A stretch of DNA of 64,000 bases from Dehalococcoidia bacterium (GTDB lineage: Bacteria > Chloroflexota > Dehalococcoidia > Plut-88900): NCBI GenBank assembly GCA_965207225.1, contig CBDBLV010000002.1, positions 378,095-442,094 on the forward strand. The letters are read 5' to 3'. Of the stretch, positions 39,301 through 49,740 are shown in pieces; positions within the stretch are counted from its first letter, which is position 1, and every line of letters begins with the position of its first letter. The notes beneath the pieces were generated by a model that searched no databases, had not been told where the DNA came from, and was given only the letters and a program-made list of their open reading frames with translations. The position numbers and the translations under genes are program-made.

Positions 39301-40242
39301 GTTCACCCCCACGTGCGTGGGGACGGCGCGGGAGACCTTGACGGATACGAACAGCACCACGGTTCACCCCCACGTGCGTGGGGACGGCGGCCGGCGGGGT
39401 GCCAGCGTCCGGAATTGTGACGGTTCACCCCCACGTGCGTGGGGACGGCGAGATTAGATTCTTCAACCACTGAATGCAGAACGGTTCACCCCCACGTGCG
39501 TGGGGACGGCGGCTACGTCTCCGACCCAGGTGAAGCATCGTAGGTTCACCCCCACGTGCGTGGGGACGGCTCGTCGGGGTGTCCAGTTTGGACAGGGGCC
39601 TTCGGTTCACCCCCACGTGCGTGGGGACGGCGAAATCGAACAGATCCCGCCGGGGCTTGACTTTGGTTCACCCCCACGTGCGTGGGGACGGCAGTGTCGG
39701 CACTACGGGCGTACCCGCATATGGCGGTTCACCCCCACGTGCGTGGGGACGGCCTGGCCGAGTGGTTGGAGTGGGCCGGTTTCGACGGTTCACCCCCACG
39801 TGCGTGGGGACGGCAGTGAGTGGGTTGAACCAGAGGCGTGGTTGGACGGTTCACCCCCACGTGCGTGGGGACGGCGCAGGGCTATGCCTACGTGCAGCTG
39901 TGGGCGTACGGTTCACCCCCACGTGCGTGGGGACGGCGCAACGCCGGCGCTAGCAGCCCCCGACGTAACCGGTTCACCCCCACGTGCGTGGGGACGGCGA
40001 ATATGGTCATCACGCCTATTCCTACCATTCCGGTTCACCCCCACGTGCGTGGGGACGGCGGCTTGACATAAGCCTCGTGGTCGGGCCTGGTCGGTTCACC
40101 CCCACGTGCGTGGGGACGGCCAGGGCTGAGGACCCGCAATAGCCGTGCCCGCCGGTTCACCCCCACGTGCGTGGGGACGGCTCTTTCGCCCGCCGTGAGT
40201 GGGAGGAGCCCGGCGGTTCACCCCCACGTGCGTGGGGACGGC
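33383..40242 (-). CRISPR. Type I-E CRISPR array, about 113 repeats / 112 spacers (manual count)
   Basis: 29-bp repeat GCCGTCCCCACGCACGTGGGGGTGAACCG (minus strand) with 31-33-bp spacers, 61-bp period; degenerate repeat at the 33383 end, cas2 at the 40242 end. Confidence 0.99.
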
Positions 40243-40272
40243 ACTGGAAATTGGCCGACCTTTCAGTAGGAT

Positions 40273-40557
40273 TTATACTTGTCCCTGGGGCTGCTGCACG
40301 AGTTGAAGGCCCTCGAAGTCTCTTACCGATCTCCCAGGCGTGCCCCAGAATCTCAACTCGAACCCCTGCTCGTTGTCAGCGCTATGTACCATGATCCCAC
40401 CACCCTTCCCCATCGCCTTGCAAGCTCTCGCCCACAGACGCTCCCTCACCATCGCCGAGACTCGACCTACGAAGACTCCCGCCTTCAATTCCAGGAGCCA
40501 CTTGGTCAGTTCACCGCGAAGGCTCTGGGATACTCTTTCCAGCATTATGACTACCAA
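40273..40557 (-). CDS. cas2: Type I-E Cas2
   Basis: LRGELTKWLLELKAGVFVG, NEQGF and DFEGL motifs; TTG start after GGAGG. Confidence 0.93.
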   Translation of the reverse strand: MVVIMLERVSQSLRGELTKWLLELKAGVFVGRVSAMVRERLWARACKAMGKGGGIMVHSADNEQGFELRFWGTPGRSVRDFEGLQLVQQPQGQV

Positions 40558-41506
40558 TGGTTTCCTCCAACAGATCTGAGTAGTTGATGCCACCTTCGAC
40601 CAGTCCATACTCGGGGTCCCATATGCCTCCGGGCAGCGAAAGGTCGGAGTCGAGCGGAGATTCGGATTCCTCTCCGGTCTCCACGGTGAGCACATTCTCA
40701 ATGTCTGACACGATGCGAGCCAAGAGCTTGCACTTGTGAAAGTAGTCCCGGCACGTCCGGCGAACTGTGCTTTCGAGGTCGCCGGTATCGCCCTCACTGA
40801 CCGCATGGAATGCGGCTGGCATGGATGTCTCCGTCTTGTACAGGTCAGCTATGTCATACACAAAGGAAAGCATCTTCCCTGTGTGGATGAATCCGAGGGC
40901 CGGGGAATATCCTGCGGATACGATTGCAGCGTGGCAGACTCCGTAAAGGCAACTATTCGCTGCCGAGAGGGCTCGATTGATGGGGTCAGCCGCACTCCAG
41001 CGGTCCCGCTTGTATGAGCGACCTTTCCATTCGACCCCAGTCTCCCTGCTGAGTCTGGCGTAGGTTTCACGGACTCTAATGCCCTCCTTCCCCCTCACCT
41101 GCCTCAGAGTGGTGGACGGGTCCAACGACTCCTCAAAGCGCATCTGGTACATCCGAAAGACCACGCGCAACCGGCTTTGTGGATTCGACCAGAGTCTCGC
41201 CTGCACCAGCAACCGACGTGCGGAGCGCGTCTCACCCATTCCCTGGGCGTAGAAGCGAACTCCCTCCTCCCCGGTCCACACAACGAGGCAACCTGAATCA
41301 GAGAGCGTCTTGATGGCAGCATGGGTGATGGATGTCCCCGGGCCAAGCATCAACGTCGTCAGAGAAGCACATGGAATTGACGTTTTGCCATTGGCGTCGT
41401 GGAGGGCGATTGCCTTGGCGTCCTGGTCTATCCGGCAATGCTCGACGTATAGGTAGCTCCAGCTGTCTCTGACCTTGGGGAGATCGTGTAAGTCCTTTAG
41501 TCTCAT
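40511..41506 (-). CDS. cas1: Type I-E Cas1
   Basis: LMLGPGTSITHAA, RGKEG and ALGFIHTG...FVYDIADLYK motifs. Confidence 0.98.
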   Translation of the reverse strand: MRLKDLHDLPKVRDSWSYLYVEHCRIDQDAKAIALHDANGKTSIPCASLTTLMLGPGTSITHAAIKTLSDSGCLVVWTGEEGVRFYAQGMGETRSARRLLVQARLWSNPQSRLRVVFRMYQMRFEESLDPSTTLRQVRGKEGIRVRETYARLSRETGVEWKGRSYKRDRWSAADPINRALSAANSCLYGVCHAAIVSAGYSPALGFIHTGKMLSFVYDIADLYKTETSMPAAFHAVSEGDTGDLESTVRRTCRDYFHKCKLLARIVSDIENVLTVETGEESESPLDSDLSLPGGIWDPEYGLVEGGINYSDLLEETIGSHNAGKSIPEPSR

Positions 41507-42213
41507 ATCAACCTCTCACGTGGGGCTAAGGACAAGAGCCCACAGCCGAATGCCTTGCCGGGGCCGATACCCTCTCTGATGGCGAGGCGAAGCCTGTCCG
41601 GATCAGTGACTTCCAGTAACCCGTCGAAAAGGACTCCGGCGAGCGTTACCAGCCTATTCGTTGTCCTGCCCCGCAACTTCTCACTGGAACCTACCCGGAC
41701 CGCTGGTGTGTTACTGCCGGAATGGACGGGAACCAAGCAAAACCCTGCGCGATCTGCCCTACGTGACAACCACGCTATCTGCTGAGAATCGGTACGAAGG
41801 TCCACGCGTCTGCCGTTGCGGCGCCGTCCGTCGGGGCCGGACTTGGTGTCGATTTTCTTTGTAGGATTGGCCCGAAGGCGAAACCGCAGCACCTGTCCCC
41901 TGTGGAGGGACACCAAGACATCCGAGATGGACTTGGTGGCAGGGTTTCGCCCCTCAGGATCCAGAGTGAACAGATAGCCCTCAGGCAGGCAACTCCAGTC
42001 CGGTTCTTCCCCGGACTGAACGAGCAGCGCTATGTTTGACCCTCGCTGGTCAATGTCCAGACGATGCAGGACGGCCAGACCGGATCGCGCTCCTCCCTGC
42101 TCCTTCAACTGCGGGAAGGCAGACATCACGGTCCGGTGCATCTGATGTACATCTCCCAAGTCGCGGCCAGCCTCGCGACTCCTCGGATCAAGTACAAGTC
42201 GTGACAAGTACAT
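41503..42213 (-). CDS. cas6e: Cas6e (CasE/Cse3)
   Basis: MYLSRL, FRLRANPT and GIGPGKAFGCGLLSL motifs. Confidence 0.97.
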   Translation of the reverse strand: MYLSRLVLDPRSREAGRDLGDVHQMHRTVMSAFPQLKEQGGARSGLAVLHRLDIDQRGSNIALLVQSGEEPDWSCLPEGYLFTLDPEGRNPATKSISDVLVSLHRGQVLRFRLRANPTKKIDTKSGPDGRRRNGRRVDLRTDSQQIAWLSRRADRAGFCLVPVHSGSNTPAVRVGSSEKLRGRTTNRLVTLAGVLFDGLLEVTDPDRLRLAIREGIGPGKAFGCGLLSLAPRERLI

Positions 42214-42949
42214 TTGCATCCTCCTCAGTGTCTAATCGCACAGGGACCTCGTGGTCGCCTGTGCCAAGCCTGCGAAAGTGGTTCTTGACTCGGCGAGGAA
42301 GGAAGCGGCGCGTCTGGAACGAATCTCCAGTCGGTTGATCCATACGTACCTCCTCACCGTTGATGTCATCGATTGCCAAGCGGAGTCTGTCTGGTCGGTC
42401 TCTCACTACCGGCACATCGACGTCCCACCGCGGCCAGGGGTGCTTTGTCAGGGCGTCCTCTAGGCGCTCTCCCTCGCAGAGTCCATCGGGGACGTAAACC
42501 GGCACTCCAGGGATGAAAGCCTTCCGGCCCAAGCAGAGCTGCCAGACGGGATTTCGAAGCGCGTCATCGAGAAGGCGCAGCTGGTTGATGTCCTCGCTCT
42601 CTATGCCCACGAGGAAGTCGGCGTCTGCCAGGTAGTAGCGGTTGGACAACACCGTGTCACCAGACCCACCCGATGCACGGCGCACCCCGTAAGGGTGTCC
42701 ACTGGGGAGTCTGCCGCCGCCTGCTGTCTGGTAGTCCAAACTCATTTCACCGGGGAAGTCAACTCGGACGCCCATGCGCAAGGCGGCGAGGTCGTCCAGC
42801 GACTCGGCCCTACTTCTGCCCAATGCAGCGCAAAGAAGGCCGATCACGCCGCTCTTGGACGGCTCCAACCCCGTGTCCCTCACGGTGAACCGGCTCTGGG
42901 TCCCCCAAGATTGCATCGGCCCTGCTAGGCGCAACAGCAGCGTGTTCAT
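42188..42949 (-). CDS. cas5e: Cas5e (CasD)
   Basis: LRLAGPMQSWG, PSKSGVIGL, RYYLADA and LGRK motifs. Confidence 0.97.
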   Translation of the reverse strand: MNTLLLRLAGPMQSWGTQSRFTVRDTGLEPSKSGVIGLLCAALGRSRAESLDDLAALRMGVRVDFPGEMSLDYQTAGGGRLPSGHPYGVRRASGGSGDTVLSNRYYLADADFLVGIESEDINQLRLLDDALRNPVWQLCLGRKAFIPGVPVYVPDGLCEGERLEDALTKHPWPRWDVDVPVVRDRPDRLRLAIDDINGEEVRMDQPTGDSFQTRRFLPRRVKNHFRRLGTGDHEVPVRLDTEEDANVLVTTCT

Positions 42950-42951
42950 CG

Positions 42952-44115
42952 TTAACCCCGGGTCCCCGTCAGCACGTTCTCGACGAGCGCATCAACGGAG
43001 GGAACGCTGCTATCTTTGAGATTGCTGATGCCATCCTCTTCCAGCGAGACGACCCACTTCCCGACGACGGTGTCGTCTCCGTACATTCTTGCCAACTTGC
43101 CCCAGTACGAGTCCAAGGCCCTGATGGAGCGTAGAGCCAGGTCTTCGCCTCTCTCTGGCACTACCGGTTTGAGGAAGGCGTTAGCCAAGTTCCAGAGGGA
43201 CGACCTCCGAACGACGGTCAGGATGAAAGAGGGCGGGTTATGGGCGGCCATGCTGTTCTGCTTGCCGGTGGGAACTGCGTCTACCGATGCCCGGATGAAT
43301 GCTTCGAGGGTCTGTCTGGCCAATTCCTCGTCGTCTTGAAGATTGCGTGTGAGTTGCCCCATGTCCACGTTGGCGTATCGATAAAAGCAGGCGGAGTTGA
43401 AACCGACGGTTCCGATCATATCGGCGCCTGCGGTGTCGTCCGGCTTCAGGTCGTCCACAGCGGTGTAGTAGTCCAACTCCATGCTTATGCGGTTCGTGGA
43501 GATCGCGTGGGCCACTTGGGACGCGGCGTCTATGTTCTTGTCAGGTAAGTCAGCCAACATCCGGCCAAACAGGGCAAGATCGGCTGCCTTTCCGCCGTCG
43601 AGGATTTGGAGCGTGGCATCTCGTACCTCTCTAGGAATCGCCTGCTTGCCCGCACTCTTCCTCCGTCTGGGTGTGTTATCGCCCTGAGTCGGCGCGGCGT
43701 TGGCAACAGCCACGGGGGCAAGTTCGTCCCAGTGCTTTGCACATACGTCGGCTAACTTGTCGATTTCCCTGTTGCCGAGGAATAGGAGATACTGTGTCTT
43801 GTCGTCGCTCCCTACCTCAAGCTCAACGCCACCGAGGACGAGCTTGATCACCGACGTCGCCTCTTCAATATCCCTGCCTGCATCCTTGAGGCGATCAGCA
43901 AGCTCGGCCACCAGTCGTTTGGTGCGCCTGGCGAGAGAATCCTTCTCTATCAGACCTACCGCGTCGAACTCGTTCCGCACTGCGCGCTTGAAGCACTGAC
44001 TGGAGATGCGGGCACGGCGGTACCCGCCGAACTCGCAGTCCTTGGGCATTCCCGTGTCGTCCCGATTCAGATTGGACGGCGCAAAGTTCTGAAGTATGTG
44101 AATTTCTACAAACAT
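42952..44115 (-). CDS. cas7e: Cas7e (CasC/Cse4)
   Basis: SNLNRDDTGMPK, ARISSQ, LALFGRM and PTGKQNS motifs; start reassigned to 44115. Confidence 0.97.
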   Translation of the reverse strand: MFVEIHILQNFAPSNLNRDDTGMPKDCEFGGYRRARISSQCFKRAVRNEFDAVGLIEKDSLARRTKRLVAELADRLKDAGRDIEEATSVIKLVLGGVELEVGSDDKTQYLLFLGNREIDKLADVCAKHWDELAPVAVANAAPTQGDNTPRRRKSAGKQAIPREVRDATLQILDGGKAADLALFGRMLADLPDKNIDAASQVAHAISTNRISMELDYYTAVDDLKPDDTAGADMIGTVGFNSACFYRYANVDMGQLTRNLQDDEELARQTLEAFIRASVDAVPTGKQNSMAAHNPPSFILTVVRRSSLWNLANAFLKPVVPERGEDLALRSIRALDSYWGKLARMYGDDTVVGKWVVSLEEDGISNLKDSSVPSVDALVENVLTGTRG

Positions 44116-44129
44116 GATTCCTCCTCGTC

Positions 44130-44675
44130 CTATATGCTGTCTTGGCCGTCGACGTCGAGGGATTCCACCCTCCAGAACGCCCTGGCCCAATTGCGTTGGA
44201 TCAATCGATCTTCGTTCCCCCAGCGTTTGAGATCGTCGAGGAGACGGACCCAATCTATGGGGATCGCCTTCGACTTCAGCAGGCTCACAGCGTGGCGTAG
44301 GTGAACATGCAAGTCTTCCCTGTGGACGCTGAGCAACGCGGTGAAGCGGCGCTCGACCCCCTCTTCGGACACGCCCTCCGCATGTCTCAGCCGGGCAAAT
44401 GAATCGCCCAGGTTGGACCGTGCTTCCTTCTCTCTGTTCAAGTGGACCGGATGGAAAGCGAAGAGAGCGGCGACTACGTAGAACACGTCCTCCCGCCAGC
44501 GGGACGATTCACCGTTTGACCAAGGGGCTACGTACTTGTGCATCTCCGGCGCAGTGCCGGGCGTCCTTCCAAGCCCACGACGGAGGGCGGCGAGCGCCCC
44601 GTTGTCTTTCCGCTCTTCCAACCCTAGGAGATAGTCTACGAAGCTCTCGGTCTTAGTCATTCTTAGCTGCGTCAT
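44130..44675 (-). CDS. cse2: Cas11/Cse2 (CasB)
   Basis: LAALRRGLG, ERRFTALL, IDWVRLLDDL and WARAFW motifs. Confidence 0.95.
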   Translation of the reverse strand: MTQLRMTKTESFVDYLLGLEERKDNGALAALRRGLGRTPGTAPEMHKYVAPWSNGESSRWREDVFYVVAALFAFHPVHLNREKEARSNLGDSFARLRHAEGVSEEGVERRFTALLSVHREDLHVHLRHAVSLLKSKAIPIDWVRLLDDLKRWGNEDRLIQRNWARAFWRVESLDVDGQDSI

Positions 44676-46260
44676 TTAGGTCTCCAGCCTCCTGCGCTGC
44701 CAAATATCTGCGCGTGATTGCCGTTAGGCTACGCTCCGCGAGGGCCACGGCCTTGAGATTCCGGGTGGAGCGTTCCATGCCCCGGGTGGACTCGCGGAAA
44801 GCCTCCCATAGGGCATCGCGCAGCGTAGACTTCCATTTACCGAACTGCACGCCTCCGTACTCGCCCTCGTCGTCTTTGTCGTCTGGCAACTCCACCAAGA
44901 GTTGCTTGAACGGCGCCTCCAGACGAGACCAGTAGGCACGAGCCGCGCCAAGGTGGTCTGAGAGGCTTCGGATATCTTCCGCCTTCAGCTTGCGGTCCGG
45001 GTCTGCTGCAAGCATTCTCCTTGCCATGGTCCACATGGCCCGGTCCAGTCCCTGAGCCGTCGTTTCGGTCAGTTCCAGCACTTCCCTGAGAGTGTCGGCC
45101 AGTTGTTTGTCTTTCAGGTATGCCAGCGGCAATGGCAACCGCTCGTGTCGCCAGAAGTGGACTTTCGCCTGGGTGTTTCGTAGGCCAATAGCATCCACCG
45201 GGATAACCTGCGAATAGGGAATGATGCCTCCGTTCGCTAGATCTGCCAGCCACTTAAGGGTCTTGGGTTGTGTGGATTCCGCTTGGACCGAAGACATCAG
45301 GGCGTGACTGTCCCGCCACAAAGCTCTGTCTTCAGTGAGTCTCACGACGGGCCAGGGGTCCTGGGTTCCCCTTGCCCGAGGGTTGCTGCTGAATGCCAGC
45401 ATCGTCTCCGTATGTCGGAGCTCAAAGCTATTGGGAAACTGCGAACCCTTCATGATGACCACGTTCTTAACGACGGTGCCTCCGTCTTGCCCAGTTTCGG
45501 GCTGGAGTCGAATGCGACGGCTCTGCCAGGTGAGCAGGTCGATGTAGCCGGCGGGGCGCCTATCTTCAGGGCGAGTCTCTTCGTCACGTTCCCACGCCGG
45601 TACGTCTTCGTCACGATTGAAGGGCCAGGGCTCCTCATCTTCAGGGGCGTACCGGCATAGGTTGAGCATGAGAGTTCGGAACAGAGTCTCACCTTTCGCG
45701 AGAATGACCGCACTGTTATTCAACGGAGCAGCATTGGCCGACACACCCGGAGGGTCGGATTTTCGGCCGCCAAAGTCAAATGCCATGTACCCCACCAATT
45801 GCCGAGCGGATACATCGGGGGTGAGCGAGGGAGGATCAGATGTGGATACGTGTGTGAACAGCGTGGCACCGTTGTCTGGTTCGAAGAATAGCCTGGCGGA
45901 CGAAACACCTTTCGTCGGATCAAGGCTGGCTACCTGATAGAACGGGCGGTCCTCATCGAACAGGTTGAATCGGTGGCGCCACCGTTCGAAATAGCAGTCG
46001 ATTACGCCTGAGTCGAAGGCCCCATTCTCCCAGAGAGCACCCCATTGCTGCTCGTTTCCAATGTCAAAGTTCCGGTGGAGCACCGCGAGCAGAAGGCGGT
46101 GAAGTGCAGCGACTTCCAGCGGAGAGTCTCCGCCCAATTCGCGGATGTCTTGCGCCTGAGCCAATACCTCACGCAGGCCCAGCGGCCTCCGGCTCCGGCT
46201 TCTATCCAGCATGGTGCAGGGAATCCAGGGTTCATCTATCAGGTCAAATGTCGCCAACAC
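44653..46260 (-). CDS. cse1: Cas8e/Cse1 (CasA)
   Basis: FDLIDEPWIP, RFNLF...PFYQ and LLTWQSRRIRL motifs. Confidence 0.95.
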   Translation of the reverse strand: MLATFDLIDEPWIPCTMLDRSRSRRPLGLREVLAQAQDIRELGGDSPLEVAALHRLLLAVLHRNFDIGNEQQWGALWENGAFDSGVIDCYFERWRHRFNLFDEDRPFYQVASLDPTKGVSSARLFFEPDNGATLFTHVSTSDPPSLTPDVSARQLVGYMAFDFGGRKSDPPGVSANAAPLNNSAVILAKGETLFRTLMLNLCRYAPEDEEPWPFNRDEDVPAWERDEETRPEDRRPAGYIDLLTWQSRRIRLQPETGQDGGTVVKNVVIMKGSQFPNSFELRHTETMLAFSSNPRARGTQDPWPVVRLTEDRALWRDSHALMSSVQAESTQPKTLKWLADLANGGIIPYSQVIPVDAIGLRNTQAKVHFWRHERLPLPLAYLKDKQLADTLREVLELTETTAQGLDRAMWTMARRMLAADPDRKLKAEDIRSLSDHLGAARAYWSRLEAPFKQLLVELPDDKDDEGEYGGVQFGKWKSTLRDALWEAFRESTRGMERSTRNLKAVALAERSLTAITRRYLAAQEAGDLNDAAKND

Positions 46261-46266
46261 ACTTCC

Positions 46267-49068
46267 TCATTCAAATCTGAATACCGTCAGGCCGGTTTCG
46301 GGGTCTAGTCTAATGCGGTATCCGTCCATGCTCTCCGAACACTCATCTTCATCCAGGAATATCGCTCTGTGGCTTCTCAACAAAGCCGTCCGCCGCCAAC
46401 CCTTTGGCGGCAGTTGCTCAAGGAGTCGAAAAACCACACGCCTATCGGAGATATTGGCTGAACGCCTCAACAGCTTTTTCATGGCGTCCATCGACGGTAT
46501 GTTGTCTATGTCTACGGATTTACCATGTGCAACATCCACCCAAGCACTCTCGTAAGTTCCGAAGAGAAGGACAACTGACACGCTGGGAGGCGAGAGTCGC
46601 GTTAGCGCCCGGTGCGCCTGGTGAAAATCAGGGGCGTCTTCCTCTCTTGGGTCTTCTGTCAGCCGCCAGAGTTGTCCGCCATATGATGGAGGTTTGATCC
46701 AGCGAACTCTCGCCTCTTCGCTGTCTCCTTCTATCGTCTTTTCTAACTCGTTCTGAGTTTCAGACCACACCTCGCGCAGCTGCTCGGATAGGCCATGAGG
46801 TTGGCGGTCGTCGTCGTATACGTCCGCAATGATGGATTCCACATCGCTAGGCACGCGGACGGTAGCACGGTCCCTCAGCGTCAGCCAGCTACGAAGCAAG
46901 ACGTGCGAGTCGTATACCGCGGTCGTGCCTGGATCGAATCGTGGTATGCCGTTTGCCATCTCTGGTTGACATACCAACAGCTGAGGCCGCTCCAAAGCAT
47001 GAGGCCGCGGCCGCTCGTGGCGATGAAGTCTACCGACCCGCTGGAGCAACAGATCAGCGGGAGCCATGTCCGACACCATCAGGTCAAAATCAAGGTCCAA
47101 GCTCTGTTCGATGACCTGGGTAGCAATCAACACGGCTTTGCGGGGCCGGGACGTGCTCGCGCCCGGCTTCCCGAATCGAGCAAGTGATCTCTTCTCCCGC
47201 TCATCTCGGTCCTGAAACACGTACTGAGCGTGAAGGAGGTCCAACGTGGGATTGCCATTCTCGTCTGTTCCTGGGAAAAAGGGCTTGAGCGCCCGATACA
47301 CATGCTGGGCGCGGCGCACCGTGTTGCAGATGACGGCAGCGCAGCCTCCTTGCGCCAAGGCGTCCCTTAGGCGCTCGCCTAATGGGAACGACGACCCGTC
47401 CTGGGTAGGCAGAGAACCGTCAGTCCATTGCAGCGAGACCTCTTTGGTGCCCCTCGGAGAAACTTGCACGCTGCGAGAACCTGGCTCGGACTTACCGGAA
47501 ACCCACGAAATGCGAGGGTATGCAGCATCGGACCTCATCTCCTTTGGCTGGTCGCCGAGGCCCCGCAGATAGGCGTCGAGGAGCGCATTTCTTCGGGCCC
47601 TGGGCAGCGTGGCCGACAGCAAGACGATTGATGACCCAAGTGCGGCTAACCACTCCAGAAGTCGCTCCAGGAGCGCTGTCATGTACGCGTCATAGGCGTG
47701 TACCTCGTCTATGATGACGGTCCTATGCGAGAGGCCGAACAACCTGACGAACATGTGCTTGGCCTGAAGTATCGCCAGCAACGCTTGGTCTATGGTGCCC
47801 ACTCCAAAGGGTGAGAGCAGCCCCCGTTTGCGGTACGTGAACCACTCTGAGGCCACTACTTCCAGACGGTCGCTGTCGCTTTCGACTCCTGAGTACCGAG
47901 GCGCGAAGATGCGGTCATGATTCTCACGTAACGCCTCGAATTCCGAGGACAACGAGGCGTGGCCATGGAGAAGCTGTAGCTGCACCAGGTTGTCTGCATA
48001 CCGGTCATTCAGGAAGTCTCGGACTCTGCCGAACATCTGGTTGCTGGTGGCCTGGGTCGGCAGGGCGAAGTAATGGCCCTCCTGCCCTGCGGACGCTGCC
48101 CAGTTGTCGGCAAGATAGATGGCTGCCTCGGTCTTACCCTCCCCCATGGGCGCCTCAATGATGACAAGTCCTGGCTCGGTCAGGTCTCCTGTGAGGGACT
48201 CTATGGAGTGTTGCAGGTCGTTGGGTTTGGGGATGCCCGGGAACAGTTCGGTGAACCCTCTGACTTCTCGCGGCCCTGGCCTCATGAGAAATCCCAGGGC
48301 GTCGAGCGCTTTGCTGGCCCCCTTCCCGGCACAACAGGCATACGCCTCAGTGCTCGTAGGAGCGGTGTATGGAAAGAAATCAGTGTTGGAGCCGACCCAA
48401 TCCGAAACGCTGACAAACCCGGCCAGAGTCATGGCCGTAGCGTTATCGATTCTGTCGGGCAGTCGGTCGCGGGGCACATCGAGCAAGGCGGCTAGCTGAT
48501 CAACCATTGTGCGTCGGTGGCGGTCCCAGCCTTGATTGCCTCTGGCGGTGGAGCTAACGCCCTGAGTCTCGCTGCTGGTGGGGAAGACGCCGTGATGCCC
48601 GCCGATGACCGTTCCGATGCGGTTGGCAATTCGGCTACCCATCCCGAACGCGGCGGTAAGTATCGAGGGGAGGGTAGCGGCAGTAATCACACCGTGAGGC
48701 GTGTACTTGGAAGTTCGGAGGGACGAGACAGTCAATCCGTTATCAAGAAGTCGTTGTTTGACCTTCGCACGTGTCTTCTCAACCTGCAACTGAAAGGCCG
48801 GAGATGCCTTACCCAAGTCGTGGAGTCCAGAGAGAAAGGCGCACCAGCGGCCAGCCGCGTCCTGGTCATGTCCCAAACCCAAGCCGAATGACAATCCGTT
48901 CCGCTGACTGGGTGAGAGGGAACTCTCCCACATCTGCCGGGCGACCATCGCCACGTCTATCATATGGCAAAGCAACGGGTGGTAGCTGGGCGACTCGTCG
49001 GGTGAGGCCAGCTTACCCCAGCAGACAAACATCGCTTCCGATTCTAGGCTGTCAGTCTTTGATTCCAA
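46267..49068 (-). CDS. cas3: Cas3 HD nuclease-helicase
   Basis: LLCHMID, LHDLGKASPAFQ, APMGEGKT, DEVH and QRVGRLHRH motifs. Confidence 0.98.
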   Translation of the reverse strand: MESKTDSLESEAMFVCWGKLASPDESPSYHPLLCHMIDVAMVARQMWESSLSPSQRNGLSFGLGLGHDQDAAGRWCAFLSGLHDLGKASPAFQLQVEKTRAKVKQRLLDNGLTVSSLRTSKYTPHGVITAATLPSILTAAFGMGSRIANRIGTVIGGHHGVFPTSSETQGVSSTARGNQGWDRHRRTMVDQLAALLDVPRDRLPDRIDNATAMTLAGFVSVSDWVGSNTDFFPYTAPTSTEAYACCAGKGASKALDALGFLMRPGPREVRGFTELFPGIPKPNDLQHSIESLTGDLTEPGLVIIEAPMGEGKTEAAIYLADNWAASAGQEGHYFALPTQATSNQMFGRVRDFLNDRYADNLVQLQLLHGHASLSSEFEALRENHDRIFAPRYSGVESDSDRLEVVASEWFTYRKRGLLSPFGVGTIDQALLAILQAKHMFVRLFGLSHRTVIIDEVHAYDAYMTALLERLLEWLAALGSSIVLLSATLPRARRNALLDAYLRGLGDQPKEMRSDAAYPRISWVSGKSEPGSRSVQVSPRGTKEVSLQWTDGSLPTQDGSSFPLGERLRDALAQGGCAAVICNTVRRAQHVYRALKPFFPGTDENGNPTLDLLHAQYVFQDRDEREKRSLARFGKPGASTSRPRKAVLIATQVIEQSLDLDFDLMVSDMAPADLLLQRVGRLHRHERPRPHALERPQLLVCQPEMANGIPRFDPGTTAVYDSHVLLRSWLTLRDRATVRVPSDVESIIADVYDDDRQPHGLSEQLREVWSETQNELEKTIEGDSEEARVRWIKPPSYGGQLWRLTEDPREEDAPDFHQAHRALTRLSPPSVSVVLLFGTYESAWVDVAHGKSVDIDNIPSMDAMKKLLRRSANISDRRVVFRLLEQLPPKGWRRTALLRSHRAIFLDEDECSESMDGYRIRLDPETGLTVFRFE

Positions 49069-49104
49069 TTCCAGACCGCCTTGAGTAGGATTCCCTGTGG
49101 ATTA

Positions 49105-49740
49105 TCAGCAACTGTTTGATTTCACCCTGCTCGGTTGTAACGGTTTGAACGGTTTAAGCGGCAGAAGGACACTCTTCCCATCCAACTGGAGTGGTTGGCC
49201 TTGCAGGACTACCTCGATTAGTCTGGCAGTAAGGTCCAAGTCCTCCTGATTGTGGGCAATGAGCTGCTCCGGGCTCGATTGCCAGATTTCTTTGTTGCGC
49301 CGGTGATCCCACTTCGATTTCCCAATGCGTAGATTCTCGCGGGCCAATGCGTCTAACGATACTCGTCTACCAAACCGACACACGATAACTGACAGAAGGT
49401 CGTAGTGGTTCGATATCTGTATAGTCCTTCCTGTCGCTCTTTGAATAGCATGTCTGAGGATTGGCAGATCGAAACCGCTCCCGTTGAAGGTGACCACTAT
49501 GCCAGCAAAGCCATTGATGAAGTTAGCGAGAAGATCCAGCTCACGACGGCTTGAACGGAAGACAGCCCGGCGTTGTTCGAACTTGACCCCTGTGAAGAGC
49601 AATTCATATGTGTCAGGTGGTTGCGTAATGGCCCCCGCCGTCTCAATGTCGAGTACGCAGTAAGGAGTGTGATGGTGTGCCGCCCTTCGCGGGTGACGTG
49701 GCAAACCACCTGATGAGGGAGCAGCCTGGTATGGCCTCAT
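49105..49740 (-). CDS. RNase H-like / DEDD exonuclease domain protein (start uncertain, possibly 49884)
   Basis: LDIET, TFNGSGFDLPIL, HYDLL, SLDALA and HNQEDL motifs. Confidence 0.75.
   Translation of the reverse strand: MRPYQAAPSSGGLPRHPRRAAHHHTPYCVLDIETAGAITQPPDTYELLFTGVKFEQRRAVFRSSRRELDLLANFINGFAGIVVTFNGSGFDLPILRHAIQRATGRTIQISNHYDLLSVIVCRFGRRVSLDALARENLRIGKSKWDHRRNKEIWQSSPEQLIAHNQEDLDLTARLIEVVLQGQPLQLDGKSVLLPLKPFKPLQPSRVKSNSC

Noticed and set aside
33383-40242. Self-targeting spacers within the window
   Set aside because: None noticed, but an exhaustive comparison is not possible by eye; not claimed either way
33449-40394. Many ORFs of 60-419 aa across the array
   Set aside because: They are translations of the stop-free CRISPR repeat (GSPPRAWGR / VHPHVRGDG / RFTPTCVGT)
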